Positions 48,672 to 57,864 are shown, counted from the first letter of the stretch. The stretch: 64,000 nucleotides of DNA from Patescibacteria group bacterium (GCA_040387855.1 JAZKCY010000001.1:104396-168395); one strand, 5' to 3'. Numbers and translations: made by a program. Notes: generated by a model from the letters alone, not told the origin.

Positions 48672-49190
48672 TTATACAGTTAATTCGTTTTCCTTTTTAA
48701 TATCAACAACATTCTGTAAGAGTTTTTGTAGTACACCTGCAAAGGTGGCAATGATAAGTGGTGAACATACAAACGTCATTGCAAAAAGAATGAGTCCAGG
48801 TGCATCATCTCCATCAGCAATAAAAAATGCGAGCGGCATAATAAATACATAACACAAGGTCATACTACCTGCGCAGTACTTTATTGTTTTTAGAGCATTC
48901 ACTGATTCCTGAGAGAACGCAGTGTTCTTATCAATGTATGTTAAAAGCTTGAGACCTTGATAGAGTGCGATGAAAAAGGGAATAGCACTGAGATATAGTC
49001 CTACAAATGCGAAAGGTTGCGACTCTTTAATTCCTGGCCACTCAAGTGCCATTCCTCTATATATGTGAGGGAATGCAAAAATGCAGAGGGCGAGTACCGC
49101 GAGTCCAAATACGATAATGACTGCTTTTAAAAATAATGTTGATCCTTTATTCATAAAACTATGATTAGTTGATGATAAAGAGCTTAGCAT
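48672..49190 (-). CDS. DUF2975-like membrane protein (the usual partner of YozG-like HTH)
   Basis: 172 aa, 4 TM, with the conserved gene pairing. Confidence 0.5.
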   Translation of the reverse strand: MLSSLSSTNHSFMNKGSTLFLKAVIIVFGLAVLALCIFAFPHIYRGMALEWPGIKESQPFAFVGLYLSAIPFFIALYQGLKLLTYIDKNTAFSQESVNALKTIKYCAGSMTLCYVFIMPLAFFIADGDDAPGLILFAMTFVCSPLIIATFAGVLQKLLQNVVDIKKENELTV

Positions 49191-49265
49191 GGCGTATATC
49201 GTAAGTCAATAAATATATATTGTTTTATTATTTTGACTATAAAAAAAGCACTAATGACTTTAGTG

Positions 49266-49892
49266 CTATTTCGATGTATTGCGAACTGCGGCGAAGCATG
49301 TATTCTCCCAAGGGACCCTGAGATCCTGCCCTCCGGTCATGAAGTAGTTTGGAGCGAGTTGGAGTACTCGCTTGTTACTAATCTTCATGAGTACTGGGTT
49401 GTACCCAACGTGGGGTGGGCTCGTGTTGGTTTTATCAAACACCATTTCCCCAAGTGCCAGTACGATGTGGTCGTTCTGGAACTCGGGGTATTTGGCGCCG
49501 AAGGCCAAGAGCTCGACGAGATTTGCCGGACGGCAGTCGTTGTCGACGATGATCTTTAGGATGTCGTTCGTACGCATACTGCGTTCGAACGAAAACATGA
49601 CCATCGTTTCTTCAGCGCTCGCTCGAGTGGTGTCCGAAATTGTACGCGGAATTCGCGGGTTAACCTCCACATACGTACCACGCTCGATATACTCATGCGA
49701 GCTGAGTGTCCGATCAACGGCAACCGAAAATTCTTTCGTTCGAACTTCTGGTCCCGATTCCTTGATCGGGTTCGTCATCGCTTTTTCCTGGGCCTCCTTC
49801 ATCAACCGCTCGCCCTCGTTGTGGGGCGCGCAGCCGATGGTGAGGCCGAGGATCATGACGATGAGGAACGACAGACGGGGAAGCAGTGACAT
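49266..49892 (-). CDS. lipoprotein of unknown function, high GC (about 57%)
   Basis: Signal peptide with lipobox LTIGC. Confidence 0.55.
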   Translation of the reverse strand: MSLLPRLSFLIVMILGLTIGCAPHNEGERLMKEAQEKAMTNPIKESGPEVRTKEFSVAVDRTLSSHEYIERGTYVEVNPRIPRTISDTTRASAEETMVMFSFERSMRTNDILKIIVDNDCRPANLVELLAFGAKYPEFQNDHIVLALGEMVFDKTNTSPPHVGYNPVLMKISNKRVLQLAPNYFMTGGQDLRVPWENTCFAAVRNTSK

Positions 49893-50058
49893 GGTTTCTC
49901 CTTGCAGGGCGCACTGGCTTTTAGTTTCTGCACATGCAGTTACTTCTTGCCAGTAAAGAACGGATCATCAGTACTACATCATATTTAATAATATAAGTCA
50001 AATATAGTTTTTAAATAAAAAACCGCACTACATACACATTGTGTAGACAGGCGGCGAA

Positions 50059-51132
50059 TCAAGTTTGAGGTTTACCTAAAGAACGGAGCAGTCTGTAGTG
50101 GGACACAATGGCCAACCACATCGTGTCGTGTGAGTGGTAGGTCAGTTCGTGGCGTTTGCAGACCCGTCGTACGAGCCTGCAAATTTTGGGGTAGTGGATG
50201 TGGGAAATCCTGGGGAAGAGGTGGTGCTCGATCTGGTAATTTAATCCTCCTAGGAACCAGGTGAGCACTTTGTTTTTTGGAGCGAAGTTGGCCGTCGTGA
50301 GCACTTGATGCTCCGCCCACGCATTTTCCATTGCTCCCTGTTCGGGGTCTGGAAGCGGGAACTTTGTTTCTTCCACTACATGGGCAAGTTGGAATACGAC
50401 GGCAAGTACCACACCCATACACCAACTGGCGAAAAGGTACACGAGCACTACCTGCCAGAACGGATGGAAGAGCGAAGGGATGACAAACGCCCATGTATAG
50501 AACAGAAGCTTGCCTCCAATGAACGTTGCTAGATGCACTCCTCGTGGGCGCGCGAACGGATATTTCCCGATCCGTCCACGTATGACGTTGAGGAAGTCAT
50601 CGAAGAGTTGCCACTTCACAGGAACCAATCCGTACACAAACCACAAATAAATGTGTTGCACGCGGTGAAACCAAAGCCTGGGTTGCGTGGGCGCGAGACG
50701 CCCTAAGATCCCAGTATTGATGTCATCGTCATGCTCCGCAATATTTGTGTATGTGTGATGGACGATGTTGTGCTTGTGCGTCCACACGTACGAACTTCCC
50801 CCTATGGCATCGAGTGAGAATGCAGCGAGACGGTTGATCCATCGGTGTTTTGAAAACGCCTGATGATTCCCGTCGTGCTGAATGCAAAACCCGATTCCTG
50901 CCATCGCCAATCCAATGCTCATGGCGAGCAACATCGCTTGCCACCACGCGGTGGCAAAGAATACGAGCACGATGTAGCTCGCTGCTAGCCACAGCATGAG
51001 CGTGACCGCCTTCACGTAGAGGTCGGCAGTAGCATGGCGACTGCGCTTGGTCATCGCAAAGTAGCGATCCACCGTTTTTTTGAGGTCAGAGAAAAAATCG
51101 CTACGCTTCCGAAACTTGACTGGGGTGATCAT
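50059..51132 (-). CDS. membrane fatty-acid desaturase family protein, high GC
   Basis: Three His boxes: HDGNH, HNIVHH and HQIEHH. Start at the ATG behind GAAAGGAGGG. Confidence 0.8.
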   Translation of the reverse strand: MITPVKFRKRSDFFSDLKKTVDRYFAMTKRSRHATADLYVKAVTLMLWLAASYIVLVFFATAWWQAMLLAMSIGLAMAGIGFCIQHDGNHQAFSKHRWINRLAAFSLDAIGGSSYVWTHKHNIVHHTYTNIAEHDDDINTGILGRLAPTQPRLWFHRVQHIYLWFVYGLVPVKWQLFDDFLNVIRGRIGKYPFARPRGVHLATFIGGKLLFYTWAFVIPSLFHPFWQVVLVYLFASWCMGVVLAVVFQLAHVVEETKFPLPDPEQGAMENAWAEHQVLTTANFAPKNKVLTWFLGGLNYQIEHHLFPRISHIHYPKICRLVRRVCKRHELTYHSHDTMWLAIVSHYRLLRSLGKPQT

Positions 51133-51237
51133 GACACCCTCCTTTCGTTGTAATGCAATTGGTGCTGGTCCAACCAAAGTATACCATCTTGGATGTATAT
51201 TAATTTGAAAGCAGAATCGCAAAGAAATAAAAAGTAC

Positions 51238-52008
51238 CTATACCTCAGAATTCAATATCATTTCAATTTCTTTTTTTACATCCTCATCACTCTTTGTAGG
51301 CATGAGATCTCCTTTTTGATTTCCATAATTACCAGCTTGAGCATGATTCATTCCTTCAATAGGGAAGTCTCTCTGTGACGTTGGAAGATTGCTGCTATAT
51401 GCTGAGAGTTTTTCAGGAGTTAATACACCATCAAGAGAACCATGAATATTTACTACCTTAAAGTTTTTACTTGATACATCGCTGTTGCAGTAGGTTCCTA
51501 CTAAGAGTAATGTCTCAAACTTTTCTGCATGATTTTTTGCATACTCACATGCCATTGCTCCTCCCATTGAATGACCGCCAAGAGTCCATGTTTTTATTTC
51601 AGGATGTGTATCAATTATTTTACCAGCTTGGCCAATACTAAATATCGCGAGATTTAAAGGAGGTTTAGTAACAAACAATATAGAAGGAGAAGAAGTGCTG
51701 GTGACAATACTTTCTAATTTATAAAAGTAAGCTTGAGGATCAACTTTTGCTCCAGGATAATAGATAACTCCTTTTGTAGATGTTGTCGCATTAGGAGCAA
51801 TCTCCCAGTATTTTGGATGCTCAGTTACTGTTATAAGATCTTTATTTGTATTTAAAAATTCTTGAAGTTTAGTTTGATCGGCTTTGTAAATTTGCTTTGC
51901 CCAGATTACAAAAGAAATAACAGCGATCAATAGGAGCGTTATAAGCGTAAGAACTATTTTCCTCCAGAGCTTCATTTTCTTAGGGGTAGGTTGGATAGCG
52001 GTTTGCAT
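51238..52008 (-). CDS. alpha/beta-hydrolase (lipase/esterase-like) with N-terminal TM anchor
   Basis: GHSMGG nucleophile elbow. The start is placed at the internal ATG so it does not overlap the upstream gene. Confidence 0.6.
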   Translation of the reverse strand: MQTAIQPTPKKMKLWRKIVLTLITLLLIAVISFVIWAKQIYKADQTKLQEFLNTNKDLITVTEHPKYWEIAPNATTSTKGVIYYPGAKVDPQAYFYKLESIVTSTSSPSILFVTKPPLNLAIFSIGQAGKIIDTHPEIKTWTLGGHSMGGAMACEYAKNHAEKFETLLLVGTYCNSDVSSKNFKVVNIHGSLDGVLTPEKLSAYSSNLPTSQRDFPIEGMNHAQAGNYGNQKGDLMPTKSDEDVKKEIEMILNSEV

Positions 52009-52138
52009 AAAATATATTATAAAGTGTTTTTTGTTTGTAGGATATTCATAAATAAAAAACTGCGAGATGCATAGAGATGTGAATCTCTCGGCTTTCTCGC
52101 AATAAGTTGGTTGGATGATCCTAACCGATCTTTTCCCT

Positions 52139-52816
52139 TCATTCCTCACTAAGAGGAAATTGGGTCGGAAGTTTCTCGACATGACGTACCATGACATCGA
52201 AACCTCTAAGAATTGTTGGCACGTCTACGCCCGAAAGCTTCACGTGTCCGAATCCCATCTGCCCCATGTCGAGAATCGTGACAACCGTCTCATTTGTCTC
52301 CACCTTGACCTCGATCCTTAAGATGCAGGAAAACTCGGAATCACCGATGCCTTCCAGCCTGCTCTTGAAGTGAGGTAACATCCCGAGCTTGGTGGCGTTG
52401 GACAAGACCCTGTCAGGGATTTCATACATCGCCACGACTTTGCACGGACCGGAGCGCATCTTGAAATACGTAGGGGCCCCAGGTTGCTTGTCGCCGAAGA
52501 CCCGCACGAAATCGTCCGCATCAGTCTCAACTTTATGCTGTGCTGTCACGGGTAAGGACAGCACTAAGGATGTGTCATCCTTAAATTCGGCTTTCCCTCC
52601 ATGAACACCGAATTTAGCCAGAAAGTCGCCGGCAATGTCTTCACCCAGCCTACGTGCTCCTTCTGGTGCCTGAAGATACCATTCCCTCTGGTCACCAGTG
52701 AACCCCGTTCCGATCAAGCGCACTTGAGGATTTCCCGATTTCACAATGCCTCCAAGGCAAGGGTTGTTTGATGAGAACTCTAAGAGGAAATTATAATAAA
52801 ATACATGAGTTGTCAA
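52139..52816 (-). CDS. hypothetical protein, high GC
   Basis: 225 aa ORF with coding-like composition and no recognised family. Confidence 0.45.
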   Translation of the reverse strand: MTTHVFYYNFLLEFSSNNPCLGGIVKSGNPQVRLIGTGFTGDQREWYLQAPEGARRLGEDIAGDFLAKFGVHGGKAEFKDDTSLVLSLPVTAQHKVETDADDFVRVFGDKQPGAPTYFKMRSGPCKVVAMYEIPDRVLSNATKLGMLPHFKSRLEGIGDSEFSCILRIEVKVETNETVVTILDMGQMGFGHVKLSGVDVPTILRGFDVMVRHVEKLPTQFPLSEE

Positions 52817-52899
52817 TTTTATTGTGAAAGTATCTAAAAGAAATAAAAATCCGCAAGAGAGTCGAGGAGAGAATTGAATCTCTCGCGGCTTTCTTGCGG

Positions 52900-53238
52900 C
52901 TACTCATCTTGCATGTGAAGCGACAACCTGATCATCGTGAACCATCTCGCAGGCACGAAATGTGTCGTCTTGAATTCCCCGGGTGTTCGTTCGTGGGGGA
53001 AGTTCACGACCTTACCCGTCTCAGGGGTGTAGGTGGTCAGCCCCATTTCGTTGGGGTTGCAGTTTATGAACTCGGAGTAGAGCTCATCAGGGTCGTTGGG
53101 ATGTACACCCATCACCCCTCGTTCATCTGCCCGGAATCTCCGGATGATCTCGATGACCTCTCCGACTTCATGCCAGCCCCAACTCGCATATGGTTCTGGA
53201 ATGTCTTTGAATCGATGCAAAGCGGGTAACACTTTCAC
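52900..53238 (-). CDS. hypothetical protein, high GC
   Basis: 112 aa ORF with a GTG start behind an AAGGA Shine-Dalgarno. Confidence 0.4.
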   Translation of the reverse strand: MKVLPALHRFKDIPEPYASWGWHEVGEVIEIIRRFRADERGVMGVHPNDPDELYSEFINCNPNEMGLTTYTPETGKVVNFPHERTPGEFKTTHFVPARWFTMIRLSLHMQDE

Positions 53239-53344
53239 GTTTATTCCTTACCACCTTATGGTGGCTGCATAGGAATCTGTTCTTACCTTGGGCTCCCAAG
53301 GTTTCTGCCATTGGTTATATAAAAAATAATAGAAGACTGCAAGT

Positions 53345-53372
53345 AATAAAAAGCCCCGCTAGCATGCCGGGG
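53345..53372 (-). terminator. rho-independent terminator overlapping the stop codon of the 53359 gene
   Basis: CCCCG-CTAGCATGC-CGGGG followed by CTTTTTATT on the - strand. Confidence 0.5.
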
Positions 53373-53739
53373 TGAGACTGCGGGCTCGATTGATGAGCAC
53401 TTCCAAATAGCTGTGCACATCATAATCGAACCACTTCTTTGGACTGTTCGGGTTGAGAATCTTGTCCCTGCTAAACGCCACATGCCCGAGTGGTTCACAC
53501 GCATCCGCAAGATCAGGATAACCTCTCGGCCAGGTTGGCGGATGATGATATCCGGTATAGAGTGTCGCGTCGATAAGGCACGGCTTGTGGTGTGGCAGGG
53601 AACTGAGCTTCACATCCCATGGTACAACTTTAAGCGTGATGAACCCTCGGGCTTTTATGATCCCGAAGATGATCGGCGACAACATTCGCCGCTGGTCCAA
53701 TGGAACGTCGTGAACGACAGTGAGCAACGTAAGAATCAT
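53359..53739 (-). CDS. hypothetical protein, high GC
   Basis: 126 aa ORF with an ATG start behind an AGGAGGG Shine-Dalgarno. Confidence 0.45.
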   Translation of the reverse strand: MILTLLTVVHDVPLDQRRMLSPIIFGIIKARGFITLKVVPWDVKLSSLPHHKPCLIDATLYTGYHHPPTWPRGYPDLADACEPLGHVAFSRDKILNPNSPKKWFDYDVHSYLEVLINRARSLTPAC

Positions 53740-53833
53740 AATATCCCTCCTGGAGAAGATAATACGTCACGGGAGGGAATTGGCAAGAGATTATCAAATA
53801 GCTTTTTATGCTCAACTATTAGATAATTGTAAA

Positions 53834-54262
53834 ATGAAGAAAATAATTAGTGTAATTGTAATTATTACAATTCTACTGTTAGGGTATATTAATATCTTTT
53901 ACTCTGCACCCGCAGAAGATATCTTTGAATTTATTCAAGGATTATTACTGCTATTAATTACTATATTTGTGCCGGCAATATTTATAAAAAAATACATTAA
54001 AAGAACATCAAAGTTATTTGCTACTGGTAAAGGGCTTCTCGTTGGAGGATTACTGGCGATACTCTACAATCTTTTTGATTTTTATTTTATTAAAAAAATA
54101 GTAAATGGCGGTTGTGGTGATCTGTGTGGAATTTCAAATTTTATATTGGGTTTTCTAAGTATTGCCCTAATACTTGTAGGTATTATTTTGTTGATAATTA
54201 ATATAGTTGTAAATATCAAAAGCGGCATTGGTAAAGTTATTGATACTAATTCAAAAAAATGA
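53834..54262 (+). CDS. small polytopic membrane protein
   Basis: Start placed at MKKIISV. Confidence 0.4.
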   Translation: MKKIISVIVIITILLLGYINIFYSAPAEDIFEFIQGLLLLLITIFVPAIFIKKYIKRTSKLFATGKGLLVGGLLAILYNLFDFYFIKKIVNGGCGDLCGISNFILGFLSIALILVGIILLIINIVVNIKSGIGKVIDTNSKK

Positions 54263-55551
54263 AAAATCATAAAAGAGGTTTTGCTCCAGTCATAATAATT
54301 TTTTTGGTAGTTGCTGCTCTTGGAGGTGGTGCATATGTATATACAAATGTTAATGACAAAAAAGAAATCAAAAAAACATTAATAAATGAAAATCCTTTGA
54401 ATGAAACTCCACGTACTGAAAACATACCAAGTACGTCTTCACCATCTCCTAAAACAGCAACGACAACTGTTACTGCTACTACAACTGCAAAAGTTAAAGT
54501 AACACCACCTCCTGTTAAAAAAATAACTATAAGTTGTGCAGCACTCAAACGTAACCTCGTGGTGGGATCAGTGGGGGATGATGTCTATGAACTTCAACGA
54601 TATCTTATGGATCAGGGATTACTCGTAAGAGCAGATTATATTCAAAAGGGAGTCTATGATGAATTTACTCGCGAAGCAGTAGCTCGACTTCATGCAAAGT
54701 TTTCAATTGTTCCTACCGACTTAAGTATTCCGCAGAAAGTTGGAAACTTTGAAAATAAGACCCGAGCATACTTACAAAATGGATGTACAAATACCCAATT
54801 GGTAGCAGCACCTCCTTCTCAGGAAAAACCATTCGATGCTGAATGTCTTTCAAGTTCAGCACCTGCTACTTCTATCGGCATTCCATGTAAACAAAATTTA
54901 ACTACATCAGCATCGGCAAATGTCACAGTGATAACTCCAAATGGAGGTGAGGTGTATTCAATAGGTTCACAGATTCCTGTTATTCGATGGAAGGTACCTT
55001 CTCCCTATAATGCAATTGAACTTGTGCTTATGCCTATGAGTGGAACTAATACCAATAGCCCAATATATAGTGCAAAACTTAAGGGATATGGTTTTGGTGG
55101 ATATGTCCCAAAACAAAACAGCCAATCAGTGGTAGATAGACCAATGATTATGACTGAAAATACTATTGATCAAACGATTCCTCCTGGGCAATATAAAATG
55201 AGAATTTACTATTATGCTGAAGGACAAGATTATACTGAAGCTGAATATCTACCCTTAGGCTATGATGACAGTGATCAATCATTTACACTTATTGATGCTC
55301 CAGAGATTACAGAATTTAGAACATCTCATGAAATTACAAGTGACATCAGATCTACTACATTGGTTTGGAAAACTACAAATGCAGCATTTTGTACAATGAG
55401 TGGTCCTAACTTCGCAGCAAATACTAGTGTGGAAATTGAGAGTGCCGTAAGTACTGGGAATTTAAATGCTACCAGTACCTATATGCTCACGTGTGAAAGT
55501 AAAAAAGGACAAAAGGTTTCAAAATCACTTACTGTTTTTGTAAGTCAATAA
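54259..55551 (+). CDS. secreted protein with a peptidoglycan-binding-like domain (PG_binding_1) and Thr-rich linker
   Basis: Signal/TM at the N-terminus, then GDDVYELQRYLMDQGLL...TREAVARLHAKFSI. Confidence 0.5.
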   Translation: MKNHKRGFAPVIIIFLVVAALGGGAYVYTNVNDKKEIKKTLINENPLNETPRTENIPSTSSPSPKTATTTVTATTTAKVKVTPPPVKKITISCAALKRNLVVGSVGDDVYELQRYLMDQGLLVRADYIQKGVYDEFTREAVARLHAKFSIVPTDLSIPQKVGNFENKTRAYLQNGCTNTQLVAAPPSQEKPFDAECLSSSAPATSIGIPCKQNLTTSASANVTVITPNGGEVYSIGSQIPVIRWKVPSPYNAIELVLMPMSGTNTNSPIYSAKLKGYGFGGYVPKQNSQSVVDRPMIMTENTIDQTIPPGQYKMRIYYYAEGQDYTEAEYLPLGYDDSDQSFTLIDAPEITEFRTSHEITSDIRSTTLVWKTTNAAFCTMSGPNFAANTSVEIESAVSTGNLNATSTYMLTCESKKGQKVSKSLTVFVSQ

Positions 55552-55654
55552 GAGTATAGAACTTAAATACACAAAAGGCTCAGATGAAAATCTGAGTCTT
55601 TTGTGTTTAATGAAGTTAGAATCTCCTTATATGGTGGGGTATTAAAACTTATAT

Positions 55655-56326
55655 TTAAGAAACAAAACTTAAGAATTCATCACCAAAGTTTGTTGTCCTT
55701 TTCGCAAGCATACCTGAACTACTAGTCGTGGCATGGAGCGTGCCTTTTAAAGTTAACCCTTTTGCTTCAAGGTCCTGATATATCAAATCGTAGAACTCTC
55801 TTTTTCCACGAAGTTCAGGATATACTTCTTCCATAAATGTTGTTGCGCCACCCATTGAATATTTATCAAGGTTTACTCCATTAGTTATACAAGCATTTTT
55901 AGGGTCACTAAAATAATGCAAAATTTTAATATGCCAAGGAGTAATGTTATCAATGTATGATAAAAAGATCAGCTTCATATTATTGCTTATGGTTATATTT
56001 CTTGCTGTATTAACTATTGCGTTTTTTAAAGCATCTAGTTTTTCTTGTTCGTGATTTCTAATAGCAATTTGGGATGCATGAATGAAGACTGTAATAAACT
56101 CAGGATTATTCATCAGCTTTTCTTTTGATATAGATTCATCTTCAAGTCTGTTTATTCTCTCTGCCATTTCATTAAACCATTGGGTTTTTCGGGTTTCGAG
56201 CGGAGTATTTACTAAACCAAGTAGTTCTAATGCTGGCCCACCAATAGCAGGAATCATGGAAGCTACAATTTTTGTAATAAACATTGCATGATCGCCAACG
56301 GTTTCTTTTTCTGGGAGTTTACCCAT
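55655..56326 (-). CDS. hypothetical protein (possibly Abi/defence-like; unassigned)
   Basis: 223 aa soluble protein adjacent to the ssrA locus. Confidence 0.35.
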   Translation of the reverse strand: MGKLPEKETVGDHAMFITKIVASMIPAIGGPALELLGLVNTPLETRKTQWFNEMAERINRLEDESISKEKLMNNPEFITVFIHASQIAIRNHEQEKLDALKNAIVNTARNITISNNMKLIFLSYIDNITPWHIKILHYFSDPKNACITNGVNLDKYSMGGATTFMEEVYPELRGKREFYDLIYQDLEAKGLTLKGTLHATTSSSGMLAKRTTNFGDEFLSFVS

Positions 56327-56380
56327 GCTGCGATTATACTCCTGTGATAAAAATCAGCAAATTCATAGGTTCGATTCCCA

Positions 56381-56626
56381 TCATGTCCACATGCTTATTA
56401 GCTTCTCCTTCTTATCTCTTCGCCATTTTTTAATCTGAATTTCTCTTTTGCGAGCAGAGGCCAATGTTGCATGTGTTTCAAGAAACACTATTTTGAATTC
56501 TGATTTAAATTTTGTGTAGTAAGCACCTCGCCCAGAGTTGTGCTCAGCTAATCTCCTTTGTGGTTCATCGGTTACTCCAATATATAAATTGTTATAGGAG
56601 TTTTTTATCATGTAGACGTAGTACAT
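56381..56626 (-). CDS. small GIY-YIG nuclease-superfamily protein (UPF0213/YhbQ-like)
   Basis: YVYMIKNSYNNLYIGVT...RRLAEHN...KKW. Confidence 0.7.
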   Translation of the reverse strand: MYYVYMIKNSYNNLYIGVTDEPQRRLAEHNSGRGAYYTKFKSEFKIVFLETHATLASARKREIQIKKWRRDKKEKLISMWT

Positions 56627-56732
56627 GAGAGGAGTATGAAACAGGGAAGGTGAAACAGATATAAAGAAAAGATAAACACAGAAAAGCCCGTTCGACTCCT
56701 CGAAGACTCGTCGCTCAGGGCACTCGATTCGC

Positions 56733-56770
56733 AGTAACAAAAAACACTACTGTTTTAACAATAGTGTTTT
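56733..56770 (-). terminator. rho-independent terminator of ssrA
   Basis: AAAACACTA / TAGTGTTTT 9-bp stem, followed on the - strand by TTTTTTGTT. Confidence 0.55.
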
Positions 56771-56817
56771 AGGTGGCTTGCCACGAGTGATCCTGCGTTC
56801 TTGCGCGGCGAATCGAG

Positions 56818-57226
56818 TGGAGATGGCGGGAATCGAACCCGCGTGCAAAAGAAGTTCTTAAATGGGTCTACAATGTATAGAGAATCTTAACCACCCGAAG
56901 GTGGGTTTAAACGCAGTGGGTAAAAAGATAATCAAAATTCCCACGTTGCCGAGTCCCTTTATTTCGATCAATCATCGGAACGAGTGAAAGATCTATCTCA
57001 ACGATATACCACCAACACTTAGTAAGTTGAGAAAAAACTAAGGTGGCGTCGTCTGGCTACCGTTTAAAGGGGTTTACGCGAGAGCGAAAGCGAAGTTACT
57101 TGCGTAAGGCGAAGCAACTGCTGTTCGTGCTGATTTTGCACTTGAAGTTTCCGTCAGATTTAAGAGTTAACGGTGCTCTACATTGCGCAGATAAGAAACA
57201 AACTCTTGTCTAGGCCGATCATCCCC
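56818..57226 (-). ncRNA. ssrA: tmRNA (transfer-messenger RNA)
   Basis: The 5' GGGGATG pairs with the 3' CATCTCC-A, including the G3:U70 alanine identity pair. The T-arm reads GCGGGTTCGATTCCCGC. There is an internal in-frame tag ORF ...AVASPYASNFAFALA* ending in TAA. smpB lies immediately upstream. Confidence 0.85.
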
Positions 57227-57323
57227 TGGGAGACATTCACTCACACTCATATATAGAGGGAAGTGAATAGCTTTCAGTGAACGACTGGCCGCAAAGTATT
57301 TAGTTTTCAAAGTGCTTACAAGA

Positions 57324-57782
57324 CTAACGATCTTTATACTCTCTTCGTATCTGACGTTCGGTATCGCGTTTCTTTATTGATTCGCGTTTATCAAACTGCT
57401 TCTTTCCTCGAACTGTTGCAATTTCAACCTTAATCTTGTGTCCTTTATTATACACTGTAATTGGCACTATTGTCAATCCTTTAACGAGGCCTGCAAGTTT
57501 GGCTATTTCATTGCGTGTAAGCAACAATTTGCGGTTTTGCAGAGGATCATAATCATCTACATTTCCTACCTGATATGGAGGGATTTGCATGTGCATTATA
57601 TAGGCTTCTCCACCACGAATGATGATATATGAGCCTTCAAGTGACCCTTGGCCCTTGCGAAGTGACTTCACTTCCTGACCAGATAGCACAATACCAGCCT
57701 CGAAGCGCTCGAGGATTTCGTAGGTAAAGTGGACTTTTCGGTTGTGGATGAGTGTGCTCACATAATTATGATAACAGAGCAT
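57324..57782 (-). CDS. smpB: SsrA-binding protein SmpB
   Basis: NRKVHFTYEILERFEAGIVLSGQEVKSLR. The exact start is uncertain. Confidence 0.85.
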   Translation of the reverse strand: MLCYHNYVSTLIHNRKVHFTYEILERFEAGIVLSGQEVKSLRKGQGSLEGSYIIIRGGEAYIMHMQIPPYQVGNVDDYDPLQNRKLLLTRNEIAKLAGLVKGLTIVPITVYNKGHKIKVEIATVRGKKQFDKRESIKKRDTERQIRREYKDR

Positions 57783-57864
57783 GGCCGAAAGTATAGGGGA
57801 GCTCATGCGTCCATACATATATATACGGTAACGGGATAGCTTTTTTAATGTATAATAATCACCT

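Noticed and set aside
46346-53739. Interpreting the high-GC stretches as rRNA or other stable RNA genes
   Set aside because: The segments carry long ORFs with third-position GC skew, Shine-Dalgarno sites and recognisable protein motifs (His boxes, lipobox, permease motifs). They are protein-coding.
56318-56392. Possible complete tRNA on the + strand ending at the GGTTCGATTCC motif
   Set aside because: No acceptor-stem partner (GGACATG) or credible D- or anticodon arm is present upstream, so only a T-arm-like fragment exists. It is reported as a fragment under findings.
56381-56740. Longer 119-aa form of the GIY-YIG ORF starting at 56740
   Set aside because: The N-terminal 38 residues are not part of the GIY-YIG domain. 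That form would also run into the ssrA terminator, so the internal ATG (MYYVYMIKN) at 56626 is preferred.
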